From positions 64,817 through 128,816 of IMG/VR virus record IMGVR_UViG_3300036824_000037: a stretch of DNA of 64,000 nt; one strand, given 5' to 3'. The translations under genes were made by a program, and so were the position numbers. Numbering within the stretch: the first letter of the stretch is position 1; each line of letters begins with the position of its first letter. This document shows, piece after piece, positions 35,934-45,219 of the stretch. The notes beneath the pieces were generated by a model, which was not told the DNA's origin, searched no databases, and was given only the letters and a program-made list of their open reading frames with translations. The stretch is from a virus (lineage: Duplodnaviria > Caudoviricetes).

Positions 35934-36467
35934 TTATGCCGCTACGGGTATTCGGGGCACGTACGGAACCAGCGGGGTGTCACCGCGCACGTACAGCGGA
36001 TGCTTCGGGTGACCGGCCTTCGTCACCCCTAGGCACCCCATCCCGGCCGGGGCGAGCAGCCGCGCGACCTCGAGACCGCGGCCATGGAACGCGCCGTGCA
36101 AACCCCACGCGGCGACCACCGGGCCGCCGTCCGCGACCAGCGCGCGCAGCAGGAAACCGGCGTTGTCCGGGCCAACCGGGTCCGGGTGGCTGTAGAGCGA
36201 TTTCGGGTCCGTGGCGCGGAGCGCGAACAGGTTGACCACGGCGATGCCGGTGCAGGCCTCGCGTTTCGCGAACCCGGCGCACCGGCGGATTGTGGGGTCG
36301 TCAACCATGGCGTCGGCGGTCGAGGGGTTGAGCATCACGAACGTCATGACCGGCCCGTCGCCCCACTCGCGCGTCAGCAGGTACCGGTACGTGCGCGACG
36401 GGTCGAACACCGCGCTGCGACGCTCCACGAGGTCGTCGGCGCGGTTGGTGATCAGGTCGTCGGTCAC
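35934..36467 (-). CDS. DUF1643 domain protein
   Basis: YRYLLTREW, MLNPSTAD..DDPTIRRC, VNLFA.RATDP, AAWG, PKHPLY. Confidence 0.9.
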   Translation of the reverse strand: MTDDLITNRADDLVERRSAVFDPSRTYRYLLTREWGDGPVMTFVMLNPSTADAMVDDPTIRRCAGFAKREACTGIAVVNLFALRATDPKSLYSHPDPVGPDNAGFLLRALVADGGPVVAAWGLHGAFHGRGLEVARLLAPAGMGCLGVTKAGHPKHPLYVRGDTPLVPYVPRIPVAA

Positions 36468-37309
36468 GCGGCCACCGACTCCTGCGCCCGCAGCGCCTTC
36501 GCCCGCTCCAGGTTGCGGTCCAACGTCTCGCGGGTGATCCGCAGCCGGGCCGCGATCAGATCCGGGTTCGTCACACCCGTGGTGCGGCGCACGAACTCCG
36601 CGTCCTCCGCCACCACCAAAGGGCGCGGCGTGCGCTCAGTCGGCGCGTCGACCAGGGGCCGCGCGTGCGGGTCGTCCATGTCCTCGCCCCACGCCAACGG
36701 CCACGCCCACCCCTCCCGCGCACCCCGGTTGCGCGCCCGCACCGCACCCACACCCTCCGGCGCGCCGCGCATCTCCAGCCGCTCGAACGCCTCCCGCACG
36801 GCCCGCGCGGTCGCCACGCTGACCGTCTCCAGCCGCCCGCCCAGCAGGTCCGCGACCGTCGACCTGTTCAGTCCCGAGTCCCGCGCGATCGCCTTCTGCA
36901 TGTGGCCCGCCGCATACAGCGCACGCACCCGCCGCACCGAGCCGACCGCGTCCACCATGTGCGCCGCAGACGGGGCGAAACGCACCGCGAGCACACGCCG
37001 GGCGACGACCCGGCGCATCGTGCGCTGGCCGCGCAGCAGCGCCGAGAGCGTCGCCGTGGAGCACCCGGACCCGGCCGCGAGGTCGTGCCACGCCATGCCG
37101 GCGTCCAGCAGCCCGCGGATGTGGTCCGCGACGGGTCCGGCGGCGACGCGCGCGGGCCGGCCGGTGGCGTTGAGGTATCGGCGCTGCTTGTTGTACCGGT
37201 TGCGCGCCGCCCGGCATGTCGGGCAGGAGCAGCCGCGGAGCCCGGACGCGGGCCGGCCCTTCGCGCGGGCCGTGGTGCCGTGCGGCGGGAGGGGACGCGA
37301 GGTGGTCAC
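36464..37309 (-). CDS. Zn-finger plus tandem HTH DNA-binding protein
   Basis: HGT...GCSCPTC; GSVRRVRAL; repeated HTH. Confidence 0.75.
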   Translation of the reverse strand: MTTSRPLPPHGTTARAKGRPASGLRGCSCPTCRAARNRYNKQRRYLNATGRPARVAAGPVADHIRGLLDAGMAWHDLAAGSGCSTATLSALLRGQRTMRRVVARRVLAVRFAPSAAHMVDAVGSVRRVRALYAAGHMQKAIARDSGLNRSTVADLLGGRLETVSVATARAVREAFERLEMRGAPEGVGAVRARNRGAREGWAWPLAWGEDMDDPHARPLVDAPTERTPRPLVVAEDAEFVRRTTGVTNPDLIAARLRITRETLDRNLERAKALRAQESVAA

Positions 37310-37974
37310 GTCTCCTCCCGGATGAGCAGGGAGAAGGTGAGGAACCGGGTCTTGGCGCCGAGGAGCATCTCGGTGCGGATCAGGTACTGCGACGAATCGT
37401 CGGTGATCACGCCCGCGTCCACGATGCCGTCGGTCGCCGCTTTCAAGGTTGGTGACCAGTTGTGGGGGTCGCGGTCGCGGTTGTCCGGCGGGTGCACGAA
37501 CCCGGTGATGCTCACGCGCTCCAGGTGGGGGAGGCGCCGGATCACGGCGAGCTGGTGCGCGATCGTGCGCAGGTTCTTCACGGTCCGGGCGCGCGCGTAG
37601 TGGTTGGGCCGGTCGTTGAGGTTGAGCAGCTTCGTGCGCGCCGGGATCTCGATCGTGAAGGTTCCGGGCTCCCCCTGCACGGTCTTCTTCGGCCGCACTC
37701 GGGTGCTGTCGCCAACGCACGCAGGGGGAGGGGTGGGGCTCGCAGCCGGGCGTGGGGCACCGGCTGCGAGGGCTTGGGAGTCGGCCAGCGACGCCAGGTC
37801 CGCGCAGGAGTCCACGCGCACCGCGGCCTGCGCGAGGCCTTGCGCGACACCGCGCCGGCTCGCGTCCACCAGGTGCGCGGGCACCGGTTCGGCGTCGGTG
37901 AGCGTGTCGGCGAGTTCGCCGAGCAGGTCGGGATCCGGGAGCGCGGCCAGGCGGCGGCGAGAAGCGGCGGTCAC
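37306..37974 (-). CDS. rusA: RusA-like Holliday junction resolvase
   Basis: RDPHN...KAATDGIVDAGVITDDS. Confidence 0.8.
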   Translation of the reverse strand: MTAASRRRLAALPDPDLLGELADTLTDAEPVPAHLVDASRRGVAQGLAQAAVRVDSCADLASLADSQALAAGAPRPAASPTPPPACVGDSTRVRPKKTVQGEPGTFTIEIPARTKLLNLNDRPNHYARARTVKNLRTIAHQLAVIRRLPHLERVSITGFVHPPDNRDRDPHNWSPTLKAATDGIVDAGVITDDSSQYLIRTEMLLGAKTRFLTFSLLIREET

Positions 37975-38381
37975 CGGTCCGCCTCCAACTGCGCGGCGAT
38001 CCGGCGCGTGGTGGCCTCGTCGGGCGTCCACAGCCCGAGCTGCCCCTTCGCCGTGACCCCGTGGCTCAGCGCCCGGATGTCGGCCAACTCGAGATGCCAC
38101 GCCCCGGCCTCGGCCCACGGTGAGCAGGCGCCGTCACAGCGATGGCAGTCGGCCAGGGTCGCGACGGCGATGATCCGGCCGTGGTGCCACGATGCGCCGC
38201 GCACATCCATGAGTGCTTCGAGGACGATCGGGTTGAGCAGCGCCATCTCGTCGAAGCCGCGCGCGCTGGTGTGGATCGCGAGCGGGCCCCGGTAGCTGAC
38301 CTGACGGGTTCTGTTCTCAATGGTTTTACGGCCGGAGGCGATGCACTGCGCCCACGGGTGGCGAACCGTAAGGGCTTTCAT
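37971..38381 (-). CDS. ASCH domain protein
   Basis: MKALTVRHPWA..IASGRKTIENR...RGPLAIH...GQLGLW. Confidence 0.9.
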   Translation of the reverse strand: MKALTVRHPWAQCIASGRKTIENRTRQVSYRGPLAIHTSARGFDEMALLNPIVLEALMDVRGASWHHGRIIAVATLADCHRCDGACSPWAEAGAWHLELADIRALSHGVTAKGQLGLWTPDEATTRRIAAQLEADR

Positions 38382-39013
38382 GCCGACACCTCCGCGTCGG
38401 CGCGCTTCCACGAGATCAACACCGGGCAGTCGCGCAACAGGCACTCGTCGTCGCCGTGGTCGTGCAGCACATACGGGGTGGCAGTGAAGACCCCGAAGTC
38501 CGAAGGTGGCGACTCCATCCCGATGTAGCGGGCAACGTCGAACAGGCACCGCTCCCCGTACGGAAGCTTGTCGCACGCAGCCGGGTGCTTCACGTCCACG
38601 TGCTGGCCGCGCTCGAGCGTGACCGTGTGCGCGACGAGCGTCGCCTCCAACACGACCACCGCGGCGAGGGCGTCCAGGTCCGGGCCGAGACCCGGCAGCG
38701 GCGTCATCGACGCCTGAGCCTCGGCCGTCTTCTTGGCTTCGGCTTCGCGGTCGAGGCGCGGCTGCTCGACGGCGCTGCGACAGTCCGGGCACCAGTGCAA
38801 CTCACCGCAGAACAGCCACTCGCCCTGCTCGTTGCCCTCATCGGTCTGCGGCGAGTTGCCGCTCGGCTCCGACTGGGAGCCTTCGGCGACCGACTTCGCG
38901 CGTCCGTACGCGGTGAAGAACACCACGCACTCGGAGTCCGGGTCCTTGTACTGGGCGCCGCACCCGGTGCCGTTGCAGGTGGCGATGTACGCCTCGGTCG
39001 GCTGGAAGGTCAT
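38378..39013 (-). CDS. hypothetical Cys-rich protein
   Basis: Coupled ORF. Confidence 0.6.
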   Translation of the reverse strand: MTFQPTEAYIATCNGTGCGAQYKDPDSECVVFFTAYGRAKSVAEGSQSEPSGNSPQTDEGNEQGEWLFCGELHWCPDCRSAVEQPRLDREAEAKKTAEAQASMTPLPGLGPDLDALAAVVVLEATLVAHTVTLERGQHVDVKHPAACDKLPYGERCLFDVARYIGMESPPSDFGVFTATPYVLHDHGDDECLLRDCPVLISWKRADAEVSA

Positions 39014-39525
39014 CGCGCCGCCACCGCCTCGGGCACGCGCGGGTAACCGTTGTGCTCGCAGCCGTCCAGCTCCCGTCCAACGATGCGGCGCCCCTGGTTG
39101 AGCACGTAGACCATCTCGTCCCTCAGTCCAGAGAGAACCGGCCCGGGGTCGTGGTCGGGTAGCATCCACGGATACGCGTTATCTCCTCGACCGCAGACGA
39201 CGTATTCCTGCGCCTCAAGGGCGATCCGCGCCTGCTCCTTCTTGATCAGCAGGTACGGCTGTACGGCCAGGATCGGAACCACAGCTGCGTCACCTTGCCG
39301 GGACCATTGGTACTGGCTGCGGTGGCGCGGGTTCTTCGGCTCGTGGCGGTACACCTTCCCGCCCCACAGGGACGCGGCCAGTTCATGCGGTTGCGTCCGC
39401 GTCCCGGAGATGCCGATCACTGCGCCGAAGTACGCCTTGCCGCTCCTCTCGGAGCGGTTGATGGTGATGAACCCGTCGCTGTCAATGACTCCGGCGAGGT
39501 AGGCGAGCGTCGTTGCGTCAGGCAC
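39010..39525 (-). CDS. single-motif LAGLIDADG homing endonuclease
   Basis: LAYLAGVIDSDGFITI ... PYLLIKKEQARIA; lower GC than neighbours. Confidence 0.88.
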   Translation of the reverse strand: MPDATTLAYLAGVIDSDGFITINRSERSGKAYFGAVIGISGTRTQPHELAASLWGGKVYRHEPKNPRHRSQYQWSRQGDAAVVPILAVQPYLLIKKEQARIALEAQEYVVCGRGDNAYPWMLPDHDPGPVLSGLRDEMVYVLNQGRRIVGRELDGCEHNGYPRVPEAVAAR

Positions 39526-40777
39526 CGGAGTTCACCGCCTCAAGCGGGCGGCGGCCCTGTGCGGGGATGGCGTGCGGAAACTGACGCACCACGAGGTCGG
39601 TCGGCCACTCGTCGGGCGTGCCGCCCTTGCGGTCGCGCGCGCCATTAGCCCGGGCCCAGATCGCCCCGAGTTGCTTCACGTGCACCGGGACATGCGCCTG
39701 CTGGCATTGCGCAACCAGCGACCGGGCCCACTCGATGTCCATCGGCCGTGCGCCAGGGCCCGACTCTCCACCCGCAACGACCCACTTGATGCCGCGCTGC
39801 TGCCCCCGCTCGCGCGGCCCGAACGAGGTGTACTTGAACGAGTCGTCGTCCATTGCGAGCCGCCCGATGTTGTTCCATGCGTGGACGTACCGGCCGGTGA
39901 CCTGCGGAGCGTTTCGCCCGAACCCGTCGTCCATCGTGACGATGGAGCCGAAGGCCGGCGCGCCCTGCTCGTGCATGCTCCGCATCCAGGCCTGCGGCCC
40001 GCGGCCGAAGCTCTCACTCCAGAAGCCCTCGACGCTGGCGCGGACCTCGGCGGGCACCCAGCCCGGCCACGCCCAGTCCGCCCAGGTGCGTGGAGCCTTC
40101 TCGGGATCCATCGGGCTGATCGGCGGCATCCACGCGGACAGGTCGATCGGGCCGAGCAGCGGCTCCGCGCTGATCCAGCGCACCGCGGCCGGGGTGGCGA
40201 GCAGCGCCGGGATGCGGATGCCAGCCCAGTGCTGATCCTCGACGCTCACCCCGAGGTGCACCCAGGGAATCGGGGGCATCGGCCGGGGCGTGGCCCTATC
40301 GCCTAGCAGCCGCTCGGCGGTCTCCCAGTCCTTGCCGGGGTGGTCGAGGTCGACGAACGCGCGCCACACCATGTCGCCGAACGCGGGGGAGCTGAGCAGG
40401 GAGCGCATCCGGGCGTGCCGCTTGGTCAGGATCTGGAAAACGTGCTGGGGGCTGGCGGCCATCACCGCGAAGACCTGGGCGATGAACTCGTCCGTGATCT
40501 TCGCGTGGAAGAGGTCGGACATGCTGTTCACGAAGATCTTGCGGGACTTGCGCCACGCCATCGGCAGGCTCAGCGAGTCGGCGTGCATCGCGACGCCGAA
40601 CCCGGGGCCGGAGGTGCGCGGGTCGCCGTCGGTCTGGTACTTCGCCGAGCCCATCGCTCTCAGGCGCTTGGCCAGGGTCAGGGCGTAGCAGTGATCACAG
40701 CCGGGGCTGGTGCGGTCGCAACCAGTTGACGGTGACCACGTGGCATCCGTCCACTCGATGGCGGTGTTGTCGGACAT
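39518..40777 (-). CDS. DUF5131 (phage Gp37/Gp68, three-Cys radical-SAM-like) protein
   Basis: IEWTDATW...GC...SPGCDHCYA, FVNSMSDLFH, LTKR, SAEPLLG, GGESG. Confidence 0.92.
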   Translation of the reverse strand: MSDNTAIEWTDATWSPSTGCDRTSPGCDHCYALTLAKRLRAMGSAKYQTDGDPRTSGPGFGVAMHADSLSLPMAWRKSRKIFVNSMSDLFHAKITDEFIAQVFAVMAASPQHVFQILTKRHARMRSLLSSPAFGDMVWRAFVDLDHPGKDWETAERLLGDRATPRPMPPIPWVHLGVSVEDQHWAGIRIPALLATPAAVRWISAEPLLGPIDLSAWMPPISPMDPEKAPRTWADWAWPGWVPAEVRASVEGFWSESFGRGPQAWMRSMHEQGAPAFGSIVTMDDGFGRNAPQVTGRYVHAWNNIGRLAMDDDSFKYTSFGPRERGQQRGIKWVVAGGESGPGARPMDIEWARSLVAQCQQAHVPVHVKQLGAIWARANGARDRKGGTPDEWPTDLVVRQFPHAIPAQGRRPLEAVNSGA

Positions 40778-40948
40778 GTGTCCCCCTCGTTAAGGGATGG
40801 AAGGTTGATCGGGAGCCCCCTCGCCGGGTCCGTCCGCCGACTGGATGCCGACGGGACGGACCCGGGTGCCGCGCGTGCAGGCGCGGCGGACCGGTTCAGA
40901 CGTCGAGGGGGCGCCGCCTGAACCGGGGTCTTTGTTACGAAGGCGCGG

Positions 40949-41113
40949 TCACCATCGGCGCACCGAACCCTCATCGGTCCGCGGCCGAACCGGCGGACGG
41001 GGACGCCGCGGCATCGTGCCGAGCCGACGCAGCACCCGCAGATGACGGCGCTCGCGGCGGGTGCGGTACCAGGGCGCCGCGACAACACCGATCAGCAACA
41101 GGACCCAGGTCAC
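40949..41113 (-). CDS. small membrane-anchored basic peptide
   Basis: VTWVLLLIGVVAAPWYRTRRERR, coupled. Confidence 0.5.
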   Translation of the reverse strand: MTWVLLLIGVVAAPWYRTRRERRHLRVLRRLGTMPRRPRPPVRPRTDEGSVRRW

Positions 41114-41628
41114 GGCTCCACGCCCCCGTCCGCGGCCGCAGCCGCATCACGCGTGAACCGGTTCGCGAGCGTGAGTACCTGCTCGATGTCCTGCGCGACC
41201 TCCGCCGGACGCAGCGGCGCCACGCGATGCGGCAGCGGTGAGCAGTCGAACCAGCCGAACGACGCCGGACCGAACGTCTCGGACACCGTCACCGGGCCCG
41301 GCTCGGGGTCGAACGACAGGTCGTCGCCCACCTCGTCCGGCGCCAGGTCGAGTAGCAGCGACTCGGGCGCCGTAGGCAGGTCCGCGTCCAGGTGCTGCGC
41401 CGTCTGGTGGCAGCAGTGCACCGGCTCCACGTCGCGGCTCCGGGACAGATACGACCAGGCCGCGGACCGCAGCCACGGACCGGCCACACGACCTACGACG
41501 CCGGCGCCGCGCCGCAGCAGAAGCGCGAGCCGGACCAGGTCCGCCAGGAACCGGACGCCGACGGCGGCCAGCACCCAGAATGCCGCGGCAGCATGCTGCG
41601 GATCGGCCAGCCAGAGGATCGGGTTCAC
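41110..41628 (-). CDS. membrane-anchored hypothetical protein
   Basis: N-terminal TM helix. Confidence 0.55.
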   Translation of the reverse strand: MNPILWLADPQHAAAAFWVLAAVGVRFLADLVRLALLLRRGAGVVGRVAGPWLRSAAWSYLSRSRDVEPVHCCHQTAQHLDADLPTAPESLLLDLAPDEVGDDLSFDPEPGPVTVSETFGPASFGWFDCSPLPHRVAPLRPAEVAQDIEQVLTLANRFTRDAAAAADGGVEP

Positions 41629-41768
41629 GAGTCGCCCCCGTCCGGGCCGGAGGACTCGGTGAAGTACTGCTGCGTCACCTTGTCCGCGCGCTTCGACGCA
41701 CGCCCAAGAGCGACCGCGAACACCAGCGAGACCAGGAACACGACGGCGGCGATGACCAGGATCTTCAC
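41625..41768 (-). CDS. small membrane peptide
   Basis: VKILVIAAVVFLVSLVFAVALG. Confidence 0.55.
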   Translation of the reverse strand: MKILVIAAVVFLVSLVFAVALGRASKRADKVTQQYFTESSGPDGGDS

Positions 41769-42505
41769 GACGACACCCCCGCCATGCACGCGTCGTACAG
41801 CGGCCAGCCGAGCGGCACGATGCGCCGCTCCTCGGTGGCGCGGCGCTGACGGTCGAAATGGGCCTGCAAGCCGACCTGCTGCTCGCGCGCCCACGTGACC
41901 TGCGCGTCGTGCAACTCCTCGACGCTCAGTGCCCCGACCGACTCGTGCCGCACCCCGATCTTGTACGCGATCCGGGCCGTAGCCAGGGTGTCCGCTGCCG
42001 CGTCGTGCGCCCCCTCGCCCAGGTCCACGCCGTAGAACGCGGCCATGTCGACGAGCTTGCGGCTGCCCTTGCGGTAGCTGACGTGCTTGTCCAGGACGTA
42101 CACGTCGATCACCGGGCGGATCGGGCCGCCGATGCGCTCCTCAAGCGACGGCAGCCCGTGGCGGCGCAACTCCCACGTCAACATCGAGAAATCGAAGACG
42201 CAATTCATCGCCACAACGGGCGTCCCGTGGCGCATCGCCAAAGCCAGGTCCGCGGCGATGACGTCCAGCAACTCGGCCGGCTTGCCGCCCTCCGCGCGTA
42301 CCCGCTCGGTCGTCCACCCGTGGATCCGGGCCGCCGCCTCGGGCACCTCCACGCCCGGGTCGATGACGAACTGCTGCGTCTGCGCGCCGCCGGGCCCGAT
42401 CTTCACCAGTGCCGAGGTGACGATCTGGTCGGTATCGGTACGGACCCCGGTGGTCTCGCAGTCCCAGCCCAACATGGGCGACGCGAACCAAGGCGTGCCG
42501 TTCAC
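41765..42505 (-). CDS. DEDDh 3'-5' exonuclease (DnaQ-like)
   Basis: DCETTG, MN..FD, AHDAAAD. Confidence 0.9.
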   Translation of the reverse strand: MNGTPWFASPMLGWDCETTGVRTDTDQIVTSALVKIGPGGAQTQQFVIDPGVEVPEAAARIHGWTTERVRAEGGKPAELLDVIAADLALAMRHGTPVVAMNCVFDFSMLTWELRRHGLPSLEERIGGPIRPVIDVYVLDKHVSYRKGSRKLVDMAAFYGVDLGEGAHDAAADTLATARIAYKIGVRHESVGALSVEELHDAQVTWAREQQVGLQAHFDRQRRATEERRIVPLGWPLYDACMAGVSS

Positions 42506-43746
42506 TGGGCACCGCCGTTCTGCAGCCACTGCAGGAACGCGCCCATCTGGGCCTCGGTCGCGGCATTGGACTTCACGCCGCCGTTGCGCTTGGCGAACTC
42601 AACCTCGACCCGCTTGGCGTCCCAGTCGTCCGGGACGTTCTCCATAACCAGCGCCCAGAGCCGGTCCATCTCGTCGTCGTCGGGCAACTCGCCGTCAGCG
42701 GTCTCGTCGTCCGCGTCGTGCGCGTCAGCCGTGTCGGGGGTGTTCGGGCAGCCCTCCTCGTGCTGCTCGGAATCCGCCGGCCACCCGCACGGGCACGTCT
42801 CGGCGGCCGCCCTCTCCGCGGCTTCGCTCTGCGCGGATTCGCGCAGCGCTTTGCCGATCGGCGCGAGGTACGCCTTCAACTCGTCGTCCAGGTGCTCGGC
42901 GGCCAGCGCCTGGTTCCAGATCGCAGTGACCTCGTCAGCGGTCGTCGCGTCGTTCGCGAGCGCCTTGTAATCCGGCCGCGCCGGACCGATCGCCGCACGG
43001 GCGGTGCTGCCCTCGATGCCTGGCTTCGCCCCGCCGATCGCGGCCCGTTCCCCGCCGAGCTCCCCGGAGCCGTTCATCGTCGCGGCGAGGATCTCGCCCG
43101 CGGTCGCGCCGCGCAGCTCCACGATGATGACGGGGAACTTCTTCGTCTCGCCATTGGAGACCCGGGTGCGCGGCTCGATGCGCAGGTTCACCGGCACCAG
43201 CCGGTTCGCCCCCACCGCGGCGCGGATCATGTCCACGGCGGCGGCGATCTCGTTCGCGGCGTAGAAGCTGTGCGACTCGACCCGGAATACGCCCATGTCG
43301 GGCATCTGCGGCAGGATCACATTCAACCGGGTGGTGATCTTGCAGGCGGCGTCCTTCGGCGCCGTCAGGTGGAACGAGTCGCCCCACGTCGCCCGGCACA
43401 GGCACGGCGAGTCCGACAGCGACTCGGTCATGCCGTCGCAGCGCCGCTGCGCCCCGCCCTTGGACCAGGACTCGTAGTCCTGCGACAGCGGATCCCCCGG
43501 CGGCATGATCGCCTCGATGGCGTCCGCGTCGGTGATGACCCGGAACTGGGGTGCGCCGTTGCCCTGCGGCTGCCACTTCTCCGCCTTGCCGCCCCACAGC
43601 GCCGCGGCGGCCTGCACCTGGTGCTCGGCGGGACTGGTCAGGATCCACGTGCGGGAACGCTGCGGGTACTTGCCGTTGAAAATGCCCGTGCGCAGTCGGC
43701 CCAGTTCACGGGCCTGCCTCTGCAGGGTGCTGATGCGGTTGCCCAT
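42502..43746 (-). CDS. Gp3-like (recombination directionality factor-like) family protein, probable ssDNA annealing
   Basis: LQRQARELGRLRTG, W...G..RRCDG, C.C...CK.TTRL.V; next to the exonuclease. Confidence 0.75.
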   Translation of the reverse strand: MGNRISTLQRQARELGRLRTGIFNGKYPQRSRTWILTSPAEHQVQAAAALWGGKAEKWQPQGNGAPQFRVITDADAIEAIMPPGDPLSQDYESWSKGGAQRRCDGMTESLSDSPCLCRATWGDSFHLTAPKDAACKITTRLNVILPQMPDMGVFRVESHSFYAANEIAAAVDMIRAAVGANRLVPVNLRIEPRTRVSNGETKKFPVIIVELRGATAGEILAATMNGSGELGGERAAIGGAKPGIEGSTARAAIGPARPDYKALANDATTADEVTAIWNQALAAEHLDDELKAYLAPIGKALRESAQSEAAERAAAETCPCGWPADSEQHEEGCPNTPDTADAHDADDETADGELPDDDEMDRLWALVMENVPDDWDAKRVEVEFAKRNGGVKSNAATEAQMGAFLQWLQNGGAQ

Positions 43747-43748
43747 GG

Positions 43749-44639
43749 TCAGGCCGCTTCCTTCCGGGATCGATGGGTCAGCACCGGCGCGGACGGCAGT
43801 GCCTTCACGGGGGCGACCGCGCCGCCGGGGGAGACCCGGGCCGCGGCGGTCTTGAGGTCGAGTGCGTGCAGGTACTTGGTGAGCGAGAGAGCGCCCTGGA
43901 ACGCGCCGAACGCGGCCCGGTCGGCGGGCACCTCCATCAGCGCGTAGGTGGTCTTGCGCAGGTTCAGCACGGCGGTGCGGTGCGCCGCCGGCATCGGCTC
44001 CTCGAGTCCGCTGCGCAGCCACACGGTCTTGGCGAAGCGCAGCGCCGCGAGCTGCAGGACGTGGTCCTCGTAAACCGACTCGGCGCCGCGGGTACTGGAC
44101 GTCTTGAAGTCGATCAGCCACAGCTCGCGCTCCCGCTTGAGGCCCGAGCGCAGCCACACCAGAAGATCAAATGTGCCCGCGTATCCGGCGTCGCGGTGCA
44201 CGACCGACGCCTCGGACGCTTCGACGTCCCGGGCGATGTCGACGCCCCACTCGGCGAGCCACGCCAGGTACTGGCGGGTGAACCTGGCCACGTCCGGGTC
44301 CGGGTCCATGGGCAGGCCGAGGTTGTGTGCGTCGGCGGAGGCGTGAACGCGGGAGCCGAGGTCGGCGGCGTCCTCGCGGGCGAACCGGACCTGCGCCTTG
44401 ACCTCTTTGAGCATCTCGTCGCGGGTCTTGGGGTCGCGGCTGGCCTTGACCAGTCGCGGCAGGTTGTCCATCGCGTACTCGGCGGTGATCTTCGCGGACC
44501 AGGGCACGAGCACGGGCTTGTTGATGGCGGTGCCGAGGATGTTGGTGACGGATGGGTAGAGCGCGCCGTCGAACGCCGGGTTGGGGTCGGCGTAGTAGCG
44601 TCCGCTGTCGGTCTCGCGGGCCTGCTTCGGCGTGGTCAC
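43749..44639 (-). CDS. PD-(D/E)XK exonuclease
   Basis: YPSVTNIL, G..VH, YAGTFD, IDFKTS, QLAA. Confidence 0.88.
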   Translation of the reverse strand: MTTPKQARETDSGRYYADPNPAFDGALYPSVTNILGTAINKPVLVPWSAKITAEYAMDNLPRLVKASRDPKTRDEMLKEVKAQVRFAREDAADLGSRVHASADAHNLGLPMDPDPDVARFTRQYLAWLAEWGVDIARDVEASEASVVHRDAGYAGTFDLLVWLRSGLKRERELWLIDFKTSSTRGAESVYEDHVLQLAALRFAKTVWLRSGLEEPMPAAHRTAVLNLRKTTYALMEVPADRAAFGAFQGALSLTKYLHALDLKTAAARVSPGGAVAPVKALPSAPVLTHRSRKEAA

Positions 44640-44905
44640 CGGGCCACCGCCAGCGTCTCGGGCGCCACAGCGGCGTAGTCCGCGATGTCCGCGGCGAGCG
44701 AGTCGAACGCCTCCTGGAACCGCTCGAACGCCACATCCACCGACGCCGGCACCGAATCCGGCCCGGACAACTGCGCGGACGACAACCCGTCGAGCGAACC
44801 CACGGCGTCGCGGTGCAGCCGCAACACCTCGTCCAAGTCCTCGGGGCAGTGCGCGAGCGCGAGACCCAGCACAGCGCGGATCTGGTCGGCAGTCAGGGCG
44901 CTCAT
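44636..44905 (-). CDS. hypothetical protein
   Basis: Coupled ORF. Confidence 0.6.
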   Translation of the reverse strand: MSALTADQIRAVLGLALAHCPEDLDEVLRLHRDAVGSLDGLSSAQLSGPDSVPASVDVAFERFQEAFDSLAADIADYAAVAPETLAVAR

Positions 44906-45219
44906 GCGGCGCTCCCGCCCGAGGTGACGCGCAACCAGTGCGCCTCCATGTCGGCCTTCGTCCACGCCCACACCTGCTCGCCCTCGATCGGCGCAAGCCC
45001 GACCGGGCGCACCCAGCGGTAGCCGACCTCCGCGACCTGGAACCAGCGGTCACCCGCCGACTCGTTCGCGACCAGGACGTAGTCGCCCGCGCGCACCGCG
45101 TCGAGGGTGAGCGACACCAGGTCGCCGTGCACCGGCTCGTCCAGGTCGGTGTCCATCTCGGCAGCGAAGGAGGCGGGTGCGACGAGGGTCGGCACGGCGT
45201 GCTCGGTCAGTGCCGTCAC
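44902..45219 (-). CDS. hypothetical protein
   Basis: Coupled ORF. Confidence 0.6.
   Translation of the reverse strand: MTALTEHAVPTLVAPASFAAEMDTDLDEPVHGDLVSLTLDAVRAGDYVLVANESAGDRWFQVAEVGYRWVRPVGLAPIEGEQVWAWTKADMEAHWLRVTSGGSAA

Noticed and set aside
39790-40130. Intein in DUF5131
   Set aside because: No N-terminal Cys/Ser block and no C-terminal His-Asn followed by Cys/Ser/Thr.
42502-43746. Functional recombination directionality factor for the integrase
   Set aside because: That role is known for serine integrases; this phage has a tyrosine integrase and xis-like genes, and the gene is paired with an exonuclease.
43749-44639. Cas4 / CRISPR system
   Set aside because: Lacks the Cas4 Fe-S cysteines; no cas genes or repeat-spacer array seen; context is phage recombination.
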